Positions 38,898 through 49,353 of a stretch of 64,000 bases of DNA are shown one piece after another. Location: the NCBI GenBank assembly GCA_963746335.1, contig CAVVAK010000004.1, positions 24,672 through 88,671 on the forward strand. The letters are read 5' to 3'. This DNA comes from an uncultured Actinomycetota bacterium. Lineage in GTDB: Bacteria; Actinomycetota; UBA4738; HRBIN12. The position numbers and the translations under genes were made by a program. The notes beneath the pieces were generated by a model. It made no database searches and had not been told where the DNA came from. It worked only from the letters and a program-made list of their open reading frames with translations. How positions within the stretch are numbered: position 1 is the first letter of the stretch; every line of letters starts with the position of its first letter.

Positions 38898-39716
38898 CTA
38901 CGGATCGCGGGCGTCGCGGAACAGCGCACGGACCTCGTCCTCGGAGACCAGTGTCGGGTCGAGACCGCGCTCCTCCGCCAGCGACCGGAAGCGCTCGTAC
39001 CGCTCCGCGAAGCCGCGGGTGGTTCGCCGCAGAGCGCTCTCGGCGTCCACGCCGAGCTTCCGGGCAGCCGCCACGGCGGCGAACAAGACCTCGCCGATCT
39101 CCCGCTCCGCGTCATCCGATGCTCCCGAGAGCTCGCCGACCTCCTCGCGGAGCGCCGTCACGGCGGCCTCCGAGCTCTCCCACTCGACCCCCCATCCGGC
39201 GGCCCGGCGCTGGACCTTAGCCGCCCGGGCGAGCGCCGGCAGCGTCGCCGGGATCTCGTCCTCCACGTTCGACCGCGCCCCCGATCCTTCCTGCGCCTTG
39301 AGCTTCTCCCAGTTCGTGAGGACCTCCTCGGAGCCTGAGACCTCGACCTCCCCGAAGACGTGAGGGTGACGATGCACGAGCTTCTCGATGAGCCGTCTCG
39401 CGACGTCATCGACGTCCCAGCGCCCCTCGTCCGAGGCGATCTCGGCGTGGAACACGACCTGCAACAGGAGATCGCCGAGCTCGTCGCGGATGGACTCGGA
39501 GTCGCCCGCGTCGATCGCCTCGATGAGTTCGTGCGTCTCCTCGAGCAGGTGCCTCGCAAGGGACTCGTGCGTCTGCTCCCGATCCCAGGGACACCCGCCC
39601 GGTCCACGCAGGCGAGCCATCACCTTGACGAGGTCGAGCAGTCGGAGACCCTCCTCGGACGAGGGCACGGGACCGGACGGGATGTGCGACGACGGATCGG
39701 GACGATCGCCGCTCAC
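38898..39716 (-). CDS. mazG: Nucleoside triphosphate pyrophosphohydrolase MazG
   Basis: Frame of track ORF 38898..39944, trimmed to GTG 39716, which overlaps the upstream TGA. Motifs: RLRGPGGCPWDREQTHESLARHLLEETHELIEAI, ELGDLLLQVVFHA, second repeat EVGELS...EIGEVLFAAV. Confidence 0.9.
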   Translation of the reverse strand: MSGDRPDPSSHIPSGPVPSSEEGLRLLDLVKVMARLRGPGGCPWDREQTHESLARHLLEETHELIEAIDAGDSESIRDELGDLLLQVVFHAEIASDEGRWDVDDVARRLIEKLVHRHPHVFGEVEVSGSEEVLTNWEKLKAQEGSGARSNVEDEIPATLPALARAAKVQRRAAGWGVEWESSEAAVTALREEVGELSGASDDAEREIGEVLFAAVAAARKLGVDAESALRRTTRGFAERYERFRSLAEERGLDPTLVSEDEVRALFRDARDP

Positions 39717-40705
39717 GGCGAGGGGGAGGCGGGTGCATCTTCCGGGTCGGTGCTCCGGACGGCGGTCAGCGAGAAGGTGGTCGGCTCGAAGCGCCCGTAC
39801 CTCGGGTTCACCTCGACGCCGATCTCCTCCGCCCGATCCGACAACCACCCCTGGAACTCTCGATCGGCGAGCGGTTCGAGCAGCCCCGCCTTCGCCTCGG
39901 AGTACGGCGTGACGCCCTTGTCGACCAGGTAGATCACGTGCCATCCGAACTGCGTGTGGACCGGCCGCGACACCTCCCCGGGCTCGAGGGCGACGGTCGC
40001 TCGGGCGAACTCGGGCACGTACGTCGTCGCCGCCGCGCTGCCGAGGCTCCCGCCGCTGTCCTTCGCACCGGGCTCGGTCGAGACCTTGCGGGCGAGCGCC
40101 ATGAACTGTGCCTCCGTCGCGTCGCGGACTCGTCGGAAGACGCTCTGCGCCTCGGCCTCCGTCTCGACGAGGATGTGGTTCGCCTCCACGGTCGTGAACT
40201 CGAGCGCGCGCTGCTCGTACTGAGCGCGGAGCTCCTCGGCCCCGACTCGTTCTTCGGCGATCGCCGACCGCACCGCACGGATCGTCAGGATCTTCCGACC
40301 GAACTCGAAGAGATCGTCGCGCGTCACGTCATGCGCGCCGAGCGCCCGTGCCAGCTCGTCGGTGCCGACCTGCCCCTCGAGCTGAGAGATCGCCCCCTCG
40401 ACCTCGTCGTCGGAGGCGGTGATGTCGTTGGCGTCCGCGTAGCCGGCAACCGCCGCCCACAGCAGCTCGCCGGAGAGCGCGATCCGGTTGCACGCGGCGC
40501 TCTCACCCTCCCCGCCCGCGACGGACTCGCCTCCACACGCGGTGCCCTGCAGGTCCGCGAGCGCCTCCTGCAGACCGACGGCCTCTCGGAGGTCCGCATC
40601 CTCGATGTCCAGGTCGCCCACGCGCGCCACCTCGGGCTTGCTCAGACCACAGGCGCTCACTGTCAGGACGACCAAGAGCACGCGAGCAGACCGGGGGATG
40701 GACAT
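39713..40705 (-). CDS. Parvulin-type peptidyl-prolyl isomerase lipoprotein (PrsA/SurA-like)
   Basis: 330-aa ORF. Lipobox LLVVLTVSAC. Parvulin core ANHILV...GGSLG...FGWHVIYL. Confidence 0.8.
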   Translation of the reverse strand: MSIPRSARVLLVVLTVSACGLSKPEVARVGDLDIEDADLREAVGLQEALADLQGTACGGESVAGGEGESAACNRIALSGELLWAAVAGYADANDITASDDEVEGAISQLEGQVGTDELARALGAHDVTRDDLFEFGRKILTIRAVRSAIAEERVGAEELRAQYEQRALEFTTVEANHILVETEAEAQSVFRRVRDATEAQFMALARKVSTEPGAKDSGGSLGSAAATTYVPEFARATVALEPGEVSRPVHTQFGWHVIYLVDKGVTPYSEAKAGLLEPLADREFQGWLSDRAEEIGVEVNPRYGRFEPTTFSLTAVRSTDPEDAPASPSP

Positions 40706-40718
40706 CAGAGCGAGCAGT

Positions 40719-43700
40719 CTACCGGCGAGCCTCGTCGGCGATGGAGACGGCGTCGCCGATCGCCTCCCGCAGTCGGGCCTCCACCCAACCGGGGAGCTCG
40801 ACGCTCGCGATCCGCTCCGGCGCGAGGTTCAGCGTTCGCTTCGCCTCGTGGAAGGTCGCACTCGGCACGCGGTCCGCGAGGTCCAGTCGGAGGGCCTCCG
40901 GGAGCTCCACCGGACGGATGCGCACCTGGTCCCGATAGGTCGACACCTCCTCGACGCCCAGCTGCCGGCTGGTGACTCGGAGGGACGCGACCGCGAAGAG
41001 GGTGTCCACCTCCGCGGGAAGGGCTCCGTACCGATCGATCGTCTCCTCCCGGATCCGTTCCAGGGCATCGTGATCCCCGGCGAGCGAGATCCGCCGATAG
41101 AGCTCGAGACGGAGGGATTCCTGCGCCACCCAGCCCGGGGGCACGAACGCTCGCACGGGTAGGTCGATCCGAAGCTCCTTCTCCTCGGCGATCGGCTGAC
41201 CCTGCAGCTCCGCGACCGATTGCTGGAGGATCCGGCAGTACGCATCGAAGCCGACCGCGGCGATGTGTCCGTGTTGTTCGGCGCCGAGGAGGTTGCCGGC
41301 GCCCCGGATCTCGAGGTCACGGAGCGCGATCCGGAACCCGGACCCGAGCGCCTGGTGACGCGAGATGGTCGCCAGGCGCTCGTGCGCCTCCTCGGTGAGC
41401 TCCCGTACCGGTGGGAAGAAGAAGTAGGCGAACGCGCGCTCGCCGCTCCTGCCGACACGCCCGCGCAGCTGGTAGAGCTGCGCCAGCCCGAGCTTGTCCG
41501 CCCGGTCGACGATCAGGGTGTTCGCGTTCGGCACGTCGAGCCCCGACTCGATGATCGTCGTGCAGACGAGGATGTCGGCGTCCCGGTCCCAGAAGCGCAC
41601 CATCTGCCGTTCCAGCGTGTCCTCGTCCATCTGGCCGTGCGCCATGACGATCCGGGCCTCGGGAAGCTGCTGTTGCAACCAGGCAGCGTGTCGGTCGATC
41701 GTCGCGACACGGTTGTGGACCCAGAACACCTGCCCCTCTCGAAGGAGCTCTCGACGGACGGCGCCGAGCGCCAGTCCCTCGTCGTAGCCGCCCACGTATG
41801 TGAGCACCGGCTGCCGGTCCTCGGGCGGCGTGTCGACCGTGGACATCTGGCGGATACCCGTGAGCGCCATCTCGAGCGTCCGCGGGATCGGCGTCGCCGT
41901 CATCGTGAGCACGTCGACGTGTGCGCGGAACCGCTTCAGGCGCTCCTTGTGCGCCACGCCGAACCGTTGCTCCTCGTCGACGACCAGCAGTCCGAGGTCC
42001 CGGAACGAGACGTCGGCGCCCAGCAGCCGGTGTGTACCGATCACCACGTCCACGCGTCCCGCCGCCACGTCCGCGACGACGTCCTTCTGCTGCGCCGGCG
42101 ACAGGAATCGGGAGAGCATCGCCACCTTCACCGGATAGGGCGCGAACCGTTCGCCGAACGTCACGAAGTGCTGCTCCGCGAGCAACGTCGTCGGCACCAG
42201 GACCGCGACCTGCTTGCCGTCCATCACGGCCTTGAAGGCGGCGCGAACGGCGATCTCGGTCTTGCCGAACCCGACGTCGCCACAGATCAGCCTGTCCATC
42301 GGCACGGGTTGCTGCATGTCCGCCTTGACCTCGTCGATCGCGGTCACCTGGTCACGGGTCTCCTCGTACGGGAACGCGTCCTCCAGCTCGAGCTGCCACG
42401 GCGTGTCCTGCCCGAACGCGTGCCCTGGGACGGCCATCCGAGCGCTGTAGAGACGAACCAGCTCTCCGGCCATGTCCTTGACGGCACGCTTCACCTTCGC
42501 CGTCGCTCGCGCCCAGTCCGACCCGCCGAGGCGGTGGAGGCGGGGAGCATCTCCGCCCAGGTACTTCGCCACCATGCCGACCTGTTCCGACGGTACGTAC
42601 AGCTTGTCGTTGCTGGCGTACTCCAAGATCAGGTAGTCGCGCTCGGCGCCGGCCAGCTCGCGATGGACGACCCCGCCGTACCGGCCGACCCCGTGGATCC
42701 GGTGGACGGCGAAGTCTCCGGGTTCCAGCTCATCGGCCACCGACGCGGTGGCTCGGCTCGCGAATCTCGGGGCGCTCCGCGTGTGTCGCCGGGAGCCGAA
42801 GAGATCCTCCTCGGTGACGACGGCGAGACGGCCGGGCTCGAAGAGGAAGCCGGAGGCGAGCGGGGCTTCGATCCGTTCGACCGGAAGGTCGCCGACGACC
42901 TCGGCAGCTCGCTGGAGCGAGCCGTGCCCGCGCCCGACGAGCACGATCCTCGTGCCGTCGGCCGCGGCCCGCTCGAGACGGTTCGCGAGCTCGCCGGGGT
43001 TCCCCTCGGCCGTCCCCCAGCCCGAGATCGCGAGATCGATCCCGTCGCTGAACTCCGTCAGCCGAAGCTGCACATGACCCTCGATCGCATCCTCGAGTGG
43101 CGCGAGCATCGTCGGCCCCGGCCAGTCGATCGCCGAGGCGAGCGCCTCCGCCTCCGCGTGCGCCTGCGCGGCTCGTTGGAGCGTGCGCTGCGCCTGCGTG
43201 ATCACGACCCAGGAGCCGTCGGTGAGCAGCTGCCCCGGCGTCGACATGTGGTCGAACAGGAACGGCGCCAACGTGTCCGAACCCTCGAAGCGGAGTCCGT
43301 CGGCGAGCCGCTGGAGTCCGTCGCGGAACCGATCGGGCATGTCGGGGGCGCGACGCGCCGCCACCGACCGGAGCTCGTCGTCGAGGAAGAGCTCCCGGAC
43401 CGGTGAGACCTCGATCGCGCCCACCTCCTTCGTCGAGAGTTGGGTCGAGGGCGAGAACTCGCGGAGCCGCTCGATCTCATCGCCCCAGTACTCGAGCCGA
43501 GCGGGCCGCCGGGCGACGCCGGGGAACACGTCGACCACCCCACCGCGGACGGCGAACTCCCCCCGGTGCTCGACGACGTCGACCCGGACGTAGCCCAGGT
43601 CGGAGAGCCGTCCCGCGAGCGCATCCGGCGCGAGCTCCACGCCCGCAGCGAGCTGGAGCGGAGCCACCGTGCCGAGCGTCGGCGGGACCGCCTGCATCGC

Positions 43701-44066
43701 CGCCAGGTAGGGGGCGACGATCACGAACGGCCCCTCGGCGGCGCGGAGGCGCCCGAGGGCGTCGGCCCTTCGGGCCGCCACCTCGGGCGCCGGATCCATC
43801 CCCTCGTAGGGAAGCGCGTCCCAGGCCGGGAGGAGGGCGACGGACTCCGGCCCGAGGTACGCCCCGATCTCCGAGGCGAGGTCCTCCGCCTCCCGAGGCC
43901 CGGGGGTGACCACCATGAGTGGGACGTCCAGCGCGAGCGCCAGCCCCGCCAGCAGGAAATCCTGTCCTGCGTCGGCCCTCGCCACGATCGGGCGGGCACG
44001 TTCGAGGAGGAGCCGCTCGAACGGCTCCGACGTGACGAGGGCCTGGAGCACCTCCCGAAGCGACAT
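40719..44066 (-). CDS. mfd: Transcription-repair coupling factor
   Basis: Track ORF 40719..44093. I prefer the second ATG at 44066, preceded by GGGAGGTGGG. Motifs: DYLILEYASNDKLYVP, helicase motifs LICGDVGFGKTEIA and LLVVDEEQRFGV, TATPIPRT, QLRGRVGRS. Confidence 0.95.
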   Translation of the reverse strand: MSLREVLQALVTSEPFERLLLERARPIVARADAGQDFLLAGLALALDVPLMVVTPGPREAEDLASEIGAYLGPESVALLPAWDALPYEGMDPAPEVAARRADALGRLRAAEGPFVIVAPYLAAMQAVPPTLGTVAPLQLAAGVELAPDALAGRLSDLGYVRVDVVEHRGEFAVRGGVVDVFPGVARRPARLEYWGDEIERLREFSPSTQLSTKEVGAIEVSPVRELFLDDELRSVAARRAPDMPDRFRDGLQRLADGLRFEGSDTLAPFLFDHMSTPGQLLTDGSWVVITQAQRTLQRAAQAHAEAEALASAIDWPGPTMLAPLEDAIEGHVQLRLTEFSDGIDLAISGWGTAEGNPGELANRLERAAADGTRIVLVGRGHGSLQRAAEVVGDLPVERIEAPLASGFLFEPGRLAVVTEEDLFGSRRHTRSAPRFASRATASVADELEPGDFAVHRIHGVGRYGGVVHRELAGAERDYLILEYASNDKLYVPSEQVGMVAKYLGGDAPRLHRLGGSDWARATAKVKRAVKDMAGELVRLYSARMAVPGHAFGQDTPWQLELEDAFPYEETRDQVTAIDEVKADMQQPVPMDRLICGDVGFGKTEIAVRAAFKAVMDGKQVAVLVPTTLLAEQHFVTFGERFAPYPVKVAMLSRFLSPAQQKDVVADVAAGRVDVVIGTHRLLGADVSFRDLGLLVVDEEQRFGVAHKERLKRFRAHVDVLTMTATPIPRTLEMALTGIRQMSTVDTPPEDRQPVLTYVGGYDEGLALGAVRRELLREGQVFWVHNRVATIDRHAAWLQQQLPEARIVMAHGQMDEDTLERQMVRFWDRDADILVCTTIIESGLDVPNANTLIVDRADKLGLAQLYQLRGRVGRSGERAFAYFFFPPVRELTEEAHERLATISRHQALGSGFRIALRDLEIRGAGNLLGAEQHGHIAAVGFDAYCRILQQSVAELQGQPIAEEKELRIDLPVRAFVPPGWVAQESLRLELYRRISLAGDHDALERIREETIDRYGALPAEVDTLFAVASLRVTSRQLGVEEVSTYRDQVRIRPVELPEALRLDLADRVPSATFHEAKRTLNLAPERIASVELPGWVEARLREAIGDAVSIADEARR

Positions 44067-44140
44067 CCCACCTCCCGGACACGCGAACGCCAACGCGAAC
44101 AGCCCCGTCGCGGTCGCGACGGGGTCTCGAAGGAGGAAGT

Positions 44141-46342
44141 CTAAACGGCGCGGAGTCTTCCGCCGCTACGGTCTTTGGCGACGCGACCGCGACCGCGAGC
44201 CGGGGGCTCATCGGATGTGGGCGAAGAGGCGTCCGCGAGATTGAACTCCGCTTCGCGCGCGGACAGCCACTGCCAGAACGCCTCCGGCCCGAGCGGCTTC
44301 GCGATGTAGAACCCCTGCGCCTCGTCGCATCCGAAGTCGCCGAGTCGGTCGAACGTCTCCCGGTCCTCCACGCCCTCCGCGACGACACGGAGCCCCAGGC
44401 TCCGGCCCAGCTCGACGGTGGCCCGAACGATCGTGAAGTCGTCGGCCCGAACGAGCATGTGCGACACGAACGAGCGGTCGATCTTGAGCTCCTCGATCGG
44501 CAGCCGTTTCAGGTACGAGAGCGAGGAGAACCCTGTCCCGAAGTCGTCGATCGACAACCCCACCCCGAGGCGGGAGAGTTCGTTCAGGACGGCGTCGGAT
44601 CGGCCCGAGTCGGCGACGAGGAAGCTCTCGGTCAGCTCGAGCTTCAGGAGCGAGGCCGGCACGTCGAACCGCTCGAGGAGGCCGCCCACCAGGTCGGGCA
44701 GGTCCTGGTCGAGCAGGCTCCGCGGCGACAGGTTGACGGCCACCGGAAGGCGGATGTCGTAGTCCGCCCACGACCGTAGCGTGCGCACGACGTCCTCGAT
44801 CGCCCAGTAGGTCAACGGCTTCAGGAGGACGGTCTTCTCGACCATGGGGATGAAGTCGGCGGGCGACAGTCGCCCCAGCGTCGGGTGCTCCCAGCGGATC
44901 AGGGCCTCGGCGCCGGCGACACGCCCGTCGGAGAGGCGAACCTTCGGCTGCAGGTACATCCGGAACTGGCCGTCCTCGATCGCGGGGCGCACCTGCGTCA
45001 CGAGCGTCAGGAGCTCTGGCTTGTAGCGGTCGATGACCTCGTCGTAGACCTCGAAGCCGACACCCGATTCCTTCGCCGCGTACATCGCGACGTCCGCGTG
45101 CCGCAGCAGCATGTCGGGATCCTCCGAGTGAGCCGGATACAACGCGACACCAACGCTGCCGGAGACGTCGAGATCGAGCTCCTCCACGCGGATCGGCTGC
45201 CGGAGTCCTTCGACGATCTGTTCCGCGACGTTCGAGGCCGTCTCTTCGTCCTTGAGGTCGGCGAGCAGAACGCCGAACTCGTCGCCGCCGAGCCGTGCCA
45301 TCAGATCACCGTCCCGGAGCGATCTGGCGATCCGCGGCCCGATGGCCGTCAGGAGCTTGTCGCCGAAGTGATGGCCGAGCGCGTCGTTGATCTCCTTGAA
45401 GTGATCGAGGTCCATCAGCATCACGGCGATCTTCCCGCCCGTCTTCTCGGCTTCCGCGATCGCGTTCGCGAGGCTCCGCAGGAACAGCAGTCGGTTGGGG
45501 AGGTCGGTGAGGTGGTCATGCAGGGCCTGGTATTCGTTCTCCGCCTGCTTGGCGGCGAGCTCCTCGGTCGCGAGCTCGAGCGAATGGGTCCTGTGCAGCA
45601 TCTGCCACGCGAACGCGAGCGGCGCGATGAACACGACGATCCACCAGAGGCCGACCGTGCGCGTGGTGGTGGTGACGAGCAGGCTGAATAGTGCGAGGCC
45701 GAGGTAGGAGAGCAGGAACTCCGCGATGACACCCTCGTGCATCGCGCGAAGCACGTGATCGAGCCGGTGGCGATACCGCAGGGTCTGCCACTCCGCGGTC
45801 ACCATCGTGCTGATGGCGTACCCGATGAGCGCGGTGAGGATGACCACGCAGCCCACCACGAACCACCGGTCGTGGAGATCGGTGAAGCGGTGGAAGAGCG
45901 TTGACATCGCGAGCACGGACAACGCGAGCTGCGCGTGCCGGAAGACGATCGTGAGCGGAGGATGTTCGCGCCGAAGCTCCTCGCGATCGATCGACGCCGC
46001 GAACGCGATCACCGCCGCGACCGGCGCCGGATACAGGAGGGCAACCGAGAGCTCGAGCGGGAAGCTCAGGCTGAAGGGGAACGGCATCCGCCGCGGCAGG
46101 GGCATGAGGTGCACGAGCGCGATCGCCCCGCCCCACACCAGGATCTTCCAGTCGAGGAACCCGAACGACGTCTGCCAGACCTCATACCCGAGATAGACGA
46201 GCAGGGGGATCGCCACCAAGAGCTCGTAGGCCCGAACGGCGAAGCGCCGGCCCACACGGGTGGCGGCACGGACGGACGGCGTTCCTTCTACGCTCGCCAA
46301 TCGCTCACCTCCCGCTCGTCGCTCCGATGGATGGCGGCCCAA
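44141..46342 (-). CDS. Membrane-bound GGDEF-EAL protein (c-di-GMP turnover)
   Basis: 733-aa ORF; the start is uncertain. Multi-helix N-terminal membrane domain. GGDEF domain with RDGD I-site five residues before GGDEF. EAL domain with EALIRW, NLSP, ELTE, DDFGTG, KIDRSF, AEGVE. Confidence 0.9.
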   Translation of the reverse strand: MGRHPSERRAGGERLASVEGTPSVRAATRVGRRFAVRAYELLVAIPLLVYLGYEVWQTSFGFLDWKILVWGGAIALVHLMPLPRRMPFPFSLSFPLELSVALLYPAPVAAVIAFAASIDREELRREHPPLTIVFRHAQLALSVLAMSTLFHRFTDLHDRWFVVGCVVILTALIGYAISTMVTAEWQTLRYRHRLDHVLRAMHEGVIAEFLLSYLGLALFSLLVTTTTRTVGLWWIVVFIAPLAFAWQMLHRTHSLELATEELAAKQAENEYQALHDHLTDLPNRLLFLRSLANAIAEAEKTGGKIAVMLMDLDHFKEINDALGHHFGDKLLTAIGPRIARSLRDGDLMARLGGDEFGVLLADLKDEETASNVAEQIVEGLRQPIRVEELDLDVSGSVGVALYPAHSEDPDMLLRHADVAMYAAKESGVGFEVYDEVIDRYKPELLTLVTQVRPAIEDGQFRMYLQPKVRLSDGRVAGAEALIRWEHPTLGRLSPADFIPMVEKTVLLKPLTYWAIEDVVRTLRSWADYDIRLPVAVNLSPRSLLDQDLPDLVGGLLERFDVPASLLKLELTESFLVADSGRSDAVLNELSRLGVGLSIDDFGTGFSSLSYLKRLPIEELKIDRSFVSHMLVRADDFTIVRATVELGRSLGLRVVAEGVEDRETFDRLGDFGCDEAQGFYIAKPLGPEAFWQWLSAREAEFNLADASSPTSDEPPARGRGRVAKDRSGGRLRAV

Positions 46343-46459
46343 CGCAGCGAGGAGAGGCGGCCTCGAAGAAGGCCATGCCTCAACGAACGGAGACGTCGCG
46401 CCTTGCCCTCTTGTATCGGCCCAGGCCGGGAGACCTGAAGGTGGGAGTCCCCGTTCGTC

Positions 46460-47041
46460 CTACGGGCTGGGAGCCGAACGATTGAAGCGGTCCTGGGTGC
46501 GTTCCAGGCCGTCCGTGATCAGCGAACGGACGGCGTCGGCCGCGTGGCCGGCGAGGATCGCGAAGTCGGCATCGTCGCGGCTGCCGACAGGCTGCAGCAC
46601 GAAGTCCGCGGGGTCTTGCCGACCCGGAGGGCGGCCGATGCCGACGCGGACCCGGAGGTACTCCGGGGTGCGGAGGGCCTGATCGAGCGAGCGCAGTCCG
46701 TTGTGACCGCTGTTGCCGCCGCCGAGCTTCACCCGGATCGTGCCGGCCGGGATGTCCAGCTCATCGTGCACCGCGATCAGCTGGGATGGGTCGACCCCGT
46801 TCTTCGCGGCGAGGGACGCGTACGAAGGACCCGACTCGTTCATGAACCGGGTGGATCGGGCGAGGATGACCCGTTCGTCACCGACGCGGATCTCCGCCGT
46901 TTCGACAGGCAGGAAACGAACCTTCCGGAACCGCTCCCGGGCCTCGTGGGCGAGGTCCTCGGCGACCATCCGGCCGACGTTGTGACGGGTCCTCGCGTAG
47001 CGATCGCCGGGGTTGCCGAGACCGGCGACGAGCCAGGCCAT
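46460..47041 (-). CDS. pth: Peptidyl-tRNA hydrolase
   Basis: 193-aa ORF. Motifs: LVAGLGNPGDRYARTRHNVG, FMNESG, GGGNSGHNGLRS. Confidence 0.95.
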   Translation of the reverse strand: MAWLVAGLGNPGDRYARTRHNVGRMVAEDLAHEARERFRKVRFLPVETAEIRVGDERVILARSTRFMNESGPSYASLAAKNGVDPSQLIAVHDELDIPAGTIRVKLGGGNSGHNGLRSLDQALRTPEYLRVRVGIGRPPGRQDPADFVLQPVGSRDDADFAILAGHAADAVRSLITDGLERTQDRFNRSAPSP

Positions 47042-47044
47042 CGA

Positions 47045-47797
47045 CTAGCTCTCGCCGTCCCCCTCGGGGGCCTTGGACTCGCCTTCGGCCCCCTCCTCGG
47101 ATCCGGCGGCTTCGCCACCCTCGCCCTCGGCGGCTTCGCCTTCCTCGCCCTCCGGGACCTCGCCCTCGGCGGCCTCCTCCTCGGGAGCGGCTTCGGCCTC
47201 GGGAGCCTCCTCGCCCGCCACCGCCAGGTCCAGCTCGGTGTCCATCATCGCGGGCTCAACGACGGCGAGCACCATCGTGTCGGGGTCGGTCAGGAACTCG
47301 ACACCTTCCGGCGGGGTGAGGTCGCCGACACGAAGGGAGTCACCGATCTTCAACGAGGTGATGTCGAATTCGATCCGCTGGGGCACGTTGGCCGGCAGGC
47401 TCTCGATCTCCACCTCGCGGAGATGGTGTTCGATCACTCCTCCCGAGTGCACCCCGACCGAATCGCCGATCTCGTGGAGCTCGATGTTCACGGTGATCTT
47501 CTCGTCGCGGCGCACCGCCATGAAATCGACGTGGATGAAGCGGTTGTGGATGAGGTCGCGCTGGATCTCACGGGCGATGGTGAGGTACTCGTCGCCGTCG
47601 AGCTTCAGGTCGACCAGGACGCTCGCCTGGCCCATCGCGTGGAAGATGTGCAGCAGGTCGAGTGCGCTCACGTGGATGGACGTCGCGTCCACGCCGGCCC
47701 CGTACAGGGTCGCGGGGACGCGTCCGTTCGCACGCAGACGTCGCGCGGGACCCTTGCCCTTCTCGGTGCGAGGTTCGGCGTGAAGGATGGCTTCCAT
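47045..47797 (-). CDS. rplY: 50S ribosomal protein L25/Ctc with an acidic C-terminal tail
   Basis: 250-aa ORF. Motifs: KGPARRLRANGRVPATLYG, HVDFMAV. Glu/Ala/Gly-rich tail. Confidence 0.9.
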   Translation of the reverse strand: MEAILHAEPRTEKGKGPARRLRANGRVPATLYGAGVDATSIHVSALDLLHIFHAMGQASVLVDLKLDGDEYLTIAREIQRDLIHNRFIHVDFMAVRRDEKITVNIELHEIGDSVGVHSGGVIEHHLREVEIESLPANVPQRIEFDITSLKIGDSLRVGDLTPPEGVEFLTDPDTMVLAVVEPAMMDTELDLAVAGEEAPEAEAAPEEEAAEGEVPEGEEGEAAEGEGGEAAGSEEGAEGESKAPEGDGES

Positions 47798-47914
47798 GGC
47801 AGGTCAGAGGGTCCTTTTCGAAAGGGTCGATCCGGCCGGTCATGGTACCAGCGGCCGTGCGCCGACCGGCACGCGAGGCGAGCCCGATCGGCCCATCCCG
47901 TAGCATCCAGCCCG

Positions 47915-49243
47915 ATGCAGCTCGCCCGCGCCGCCTCCGCGTTGCTGGGCACGATCCTGCTCGCGGCGGCGTGTCAGGGTCCACCGCGCGCCAGGGAAAC
48001 CCCCGATCTGCTCCCGCCGGGCAGGCCCGAACGCGTGGACGCGTCCGCGTTCGCAACTCGATGGCCCATCAAGCATGTCGTCTTCATCATCAAAGAGAAC
48101 CGAACCATGGATCACCTGTTCGGCCGCTTCCCCGGTGTGAACGGCGTCATCGAAGGCTACGACGGCGATCGGCTGCGACCGCTCCTGTCCCCGCCCGATC
48201 GCCTCCCCGAAGACATCCCCCATTGCTACGACTGCGCGATCGAGTCCTGGAACCACGGACGGATGAACAGGTTCGCTCGCGACGACATCTCGGATCGCTT
48301 CGCCTATACACAGATGCAAGGCCGGTCGGACCTCCCCAACTACTGGCGATGGGCCGAGGAGTTCGCCCTGTCGGACAACTTCTTCGCCTCGGCGCAGGGT
48401 CCGTCGTTCCCCAACCACCTCTTCACGATCGCCGCGCAGTCCGGAGGGACCCACGACAACCCGGAACAGGATCAGGCAAGGGTGAACCAGTTCAGCCGCG
48501 AGACCGGGCTCGAGAAGTCGTGGGGCTGTGACTCGCTGCAGGAGAGCTTCGTACAGGTCGTCGACGCCGAGGGAGAGGTGCAGCAGGTGCCTCCCTGCTT
48601 CGACTTCCAGACCGAGGCCGACCTCCTGGATGGTGCCGGGATCCCGTGGTCGTTCTACGCCCCTTGGAATCACCAACGCGGCTACTGGTTGACCACGTTC
48701 TCCGCGATCCGTCGCGTCCGGATGCACCCGGAGGTCTGGGAGAGGCACATCTTCCCGTCCGATCGGTTCGTCGAAGACGTCGAGGACGGGCGCCTCGCGC
48801 CCGTCACGTGGATCACTCCGCGTTTCGAGGTGAGCGAGCATCCCGAGGAGAGCTTCTGCCACGGAGAGAACTGGACCACCGAGATCGTCGGCTCGATCAT
48901 GCGGAGCCCGATGTGGAAGGACACGGCGATCTTCCTCACCTGGGACGACTACGGGGGCTTCTACGATCATGTGCCCCCGCCGCAGGTGGACCGGTTCGGC
49001 TTCGGCTTCCGCGTCCCGCTGTTGACGATCAGCCCGTACACGAAACGCGGCCATATCGACTCGGAGCTCGGCGAGTTCTCGAGCGTCCTCCGATTCATCG
49101 AAGACAATTGGGGACTCGCCCAGCTCACGCACCGGGACCGGGACGCGTTCAACCTGAGCTACGTGTTCGATTTCGACCAGGAGCCACGGGATCCCGTCGT
49201 GCTTCCGAAGCGGACGGATTGCGAAGGCCCGATCTTCGGATAG
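47915..49243 (+). CDS. Phosphoesterase-family lipoprotein (PLC/AcpA-type)
   Basis: Frame of track ORF 46544..49243, trimmed to ATG 47915. Lipobox LLAAAC. Motifs: IKHVVFIIKENRTMDHLFG, PNYWRWAEEFALSDNFF, PSFPNHLF, GENWTTEIV, FLTWDDYGGFYDHVPPP. Confidence 0.85.
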   Translation: MQLARAASALLGTILLAAACQGPPRARETPDLLPPGRPERVDASAFATRWPIKHVVFIIKENRTMDHLFGRFPGVNGVIEGYDGDRLRPLLSPPDRLPEDIPHCYDCAIESWNHGRMNRFARDDISDRFAYTQMQGRSDLPNYWRWAEEFALSDNFFASAQGPSFPNHLFTIAAQSGGTHDNPEQDQARVNQFSRETGLEKSWGCDSLQESFVQVVDAEGEVQQVPPCFDFQTEADLLDGAGIPWSFYAPWNHQRGYWLTTFSAIRRVRMHPEVWERHIFPSDRFVEDVEDGRLAPVTWITPRFEVSEHPEESFCHGENWTTEIVGSIMRSPMWKDTAIFLTWDDYGGFYDHVPPPQVDRFGFGFRVPLLTISPYTKRGHIDSELGEFSSVLRFIEDNWGLAQLTHRDRDAFNLSYVFDFDQEPRDPVVLPKRTDCEGPIFG

Positions 49244-49353
49244 CCGACCGCGCTCGGCCCGAGTCAGCGCGGTGCGCGGACGCGGCGATACCTTCCGCAT
49301 GACTCGTGCGTCTTCAAGGTATGGCGCGATCCCTCGTGAGGGAAAGGACGGCG

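Noticed and set aside
41220-43406. 728-aa forward ORF antisense to mfd
   Set aside because: mfd helicase motifs occupy the reverse strand over the same coordinates. This is a GC-driven open frame.
47798-47914. Near-palindrome CCTTTTCGAAAGG in the rplY 5' region as an L25 autoregulatory leader
   Set aside because: It is a single short, imperfect element in a 117-nt divergent promoter region. I know of no L25 leader motif to compare it with, so there is too little to support a feature.
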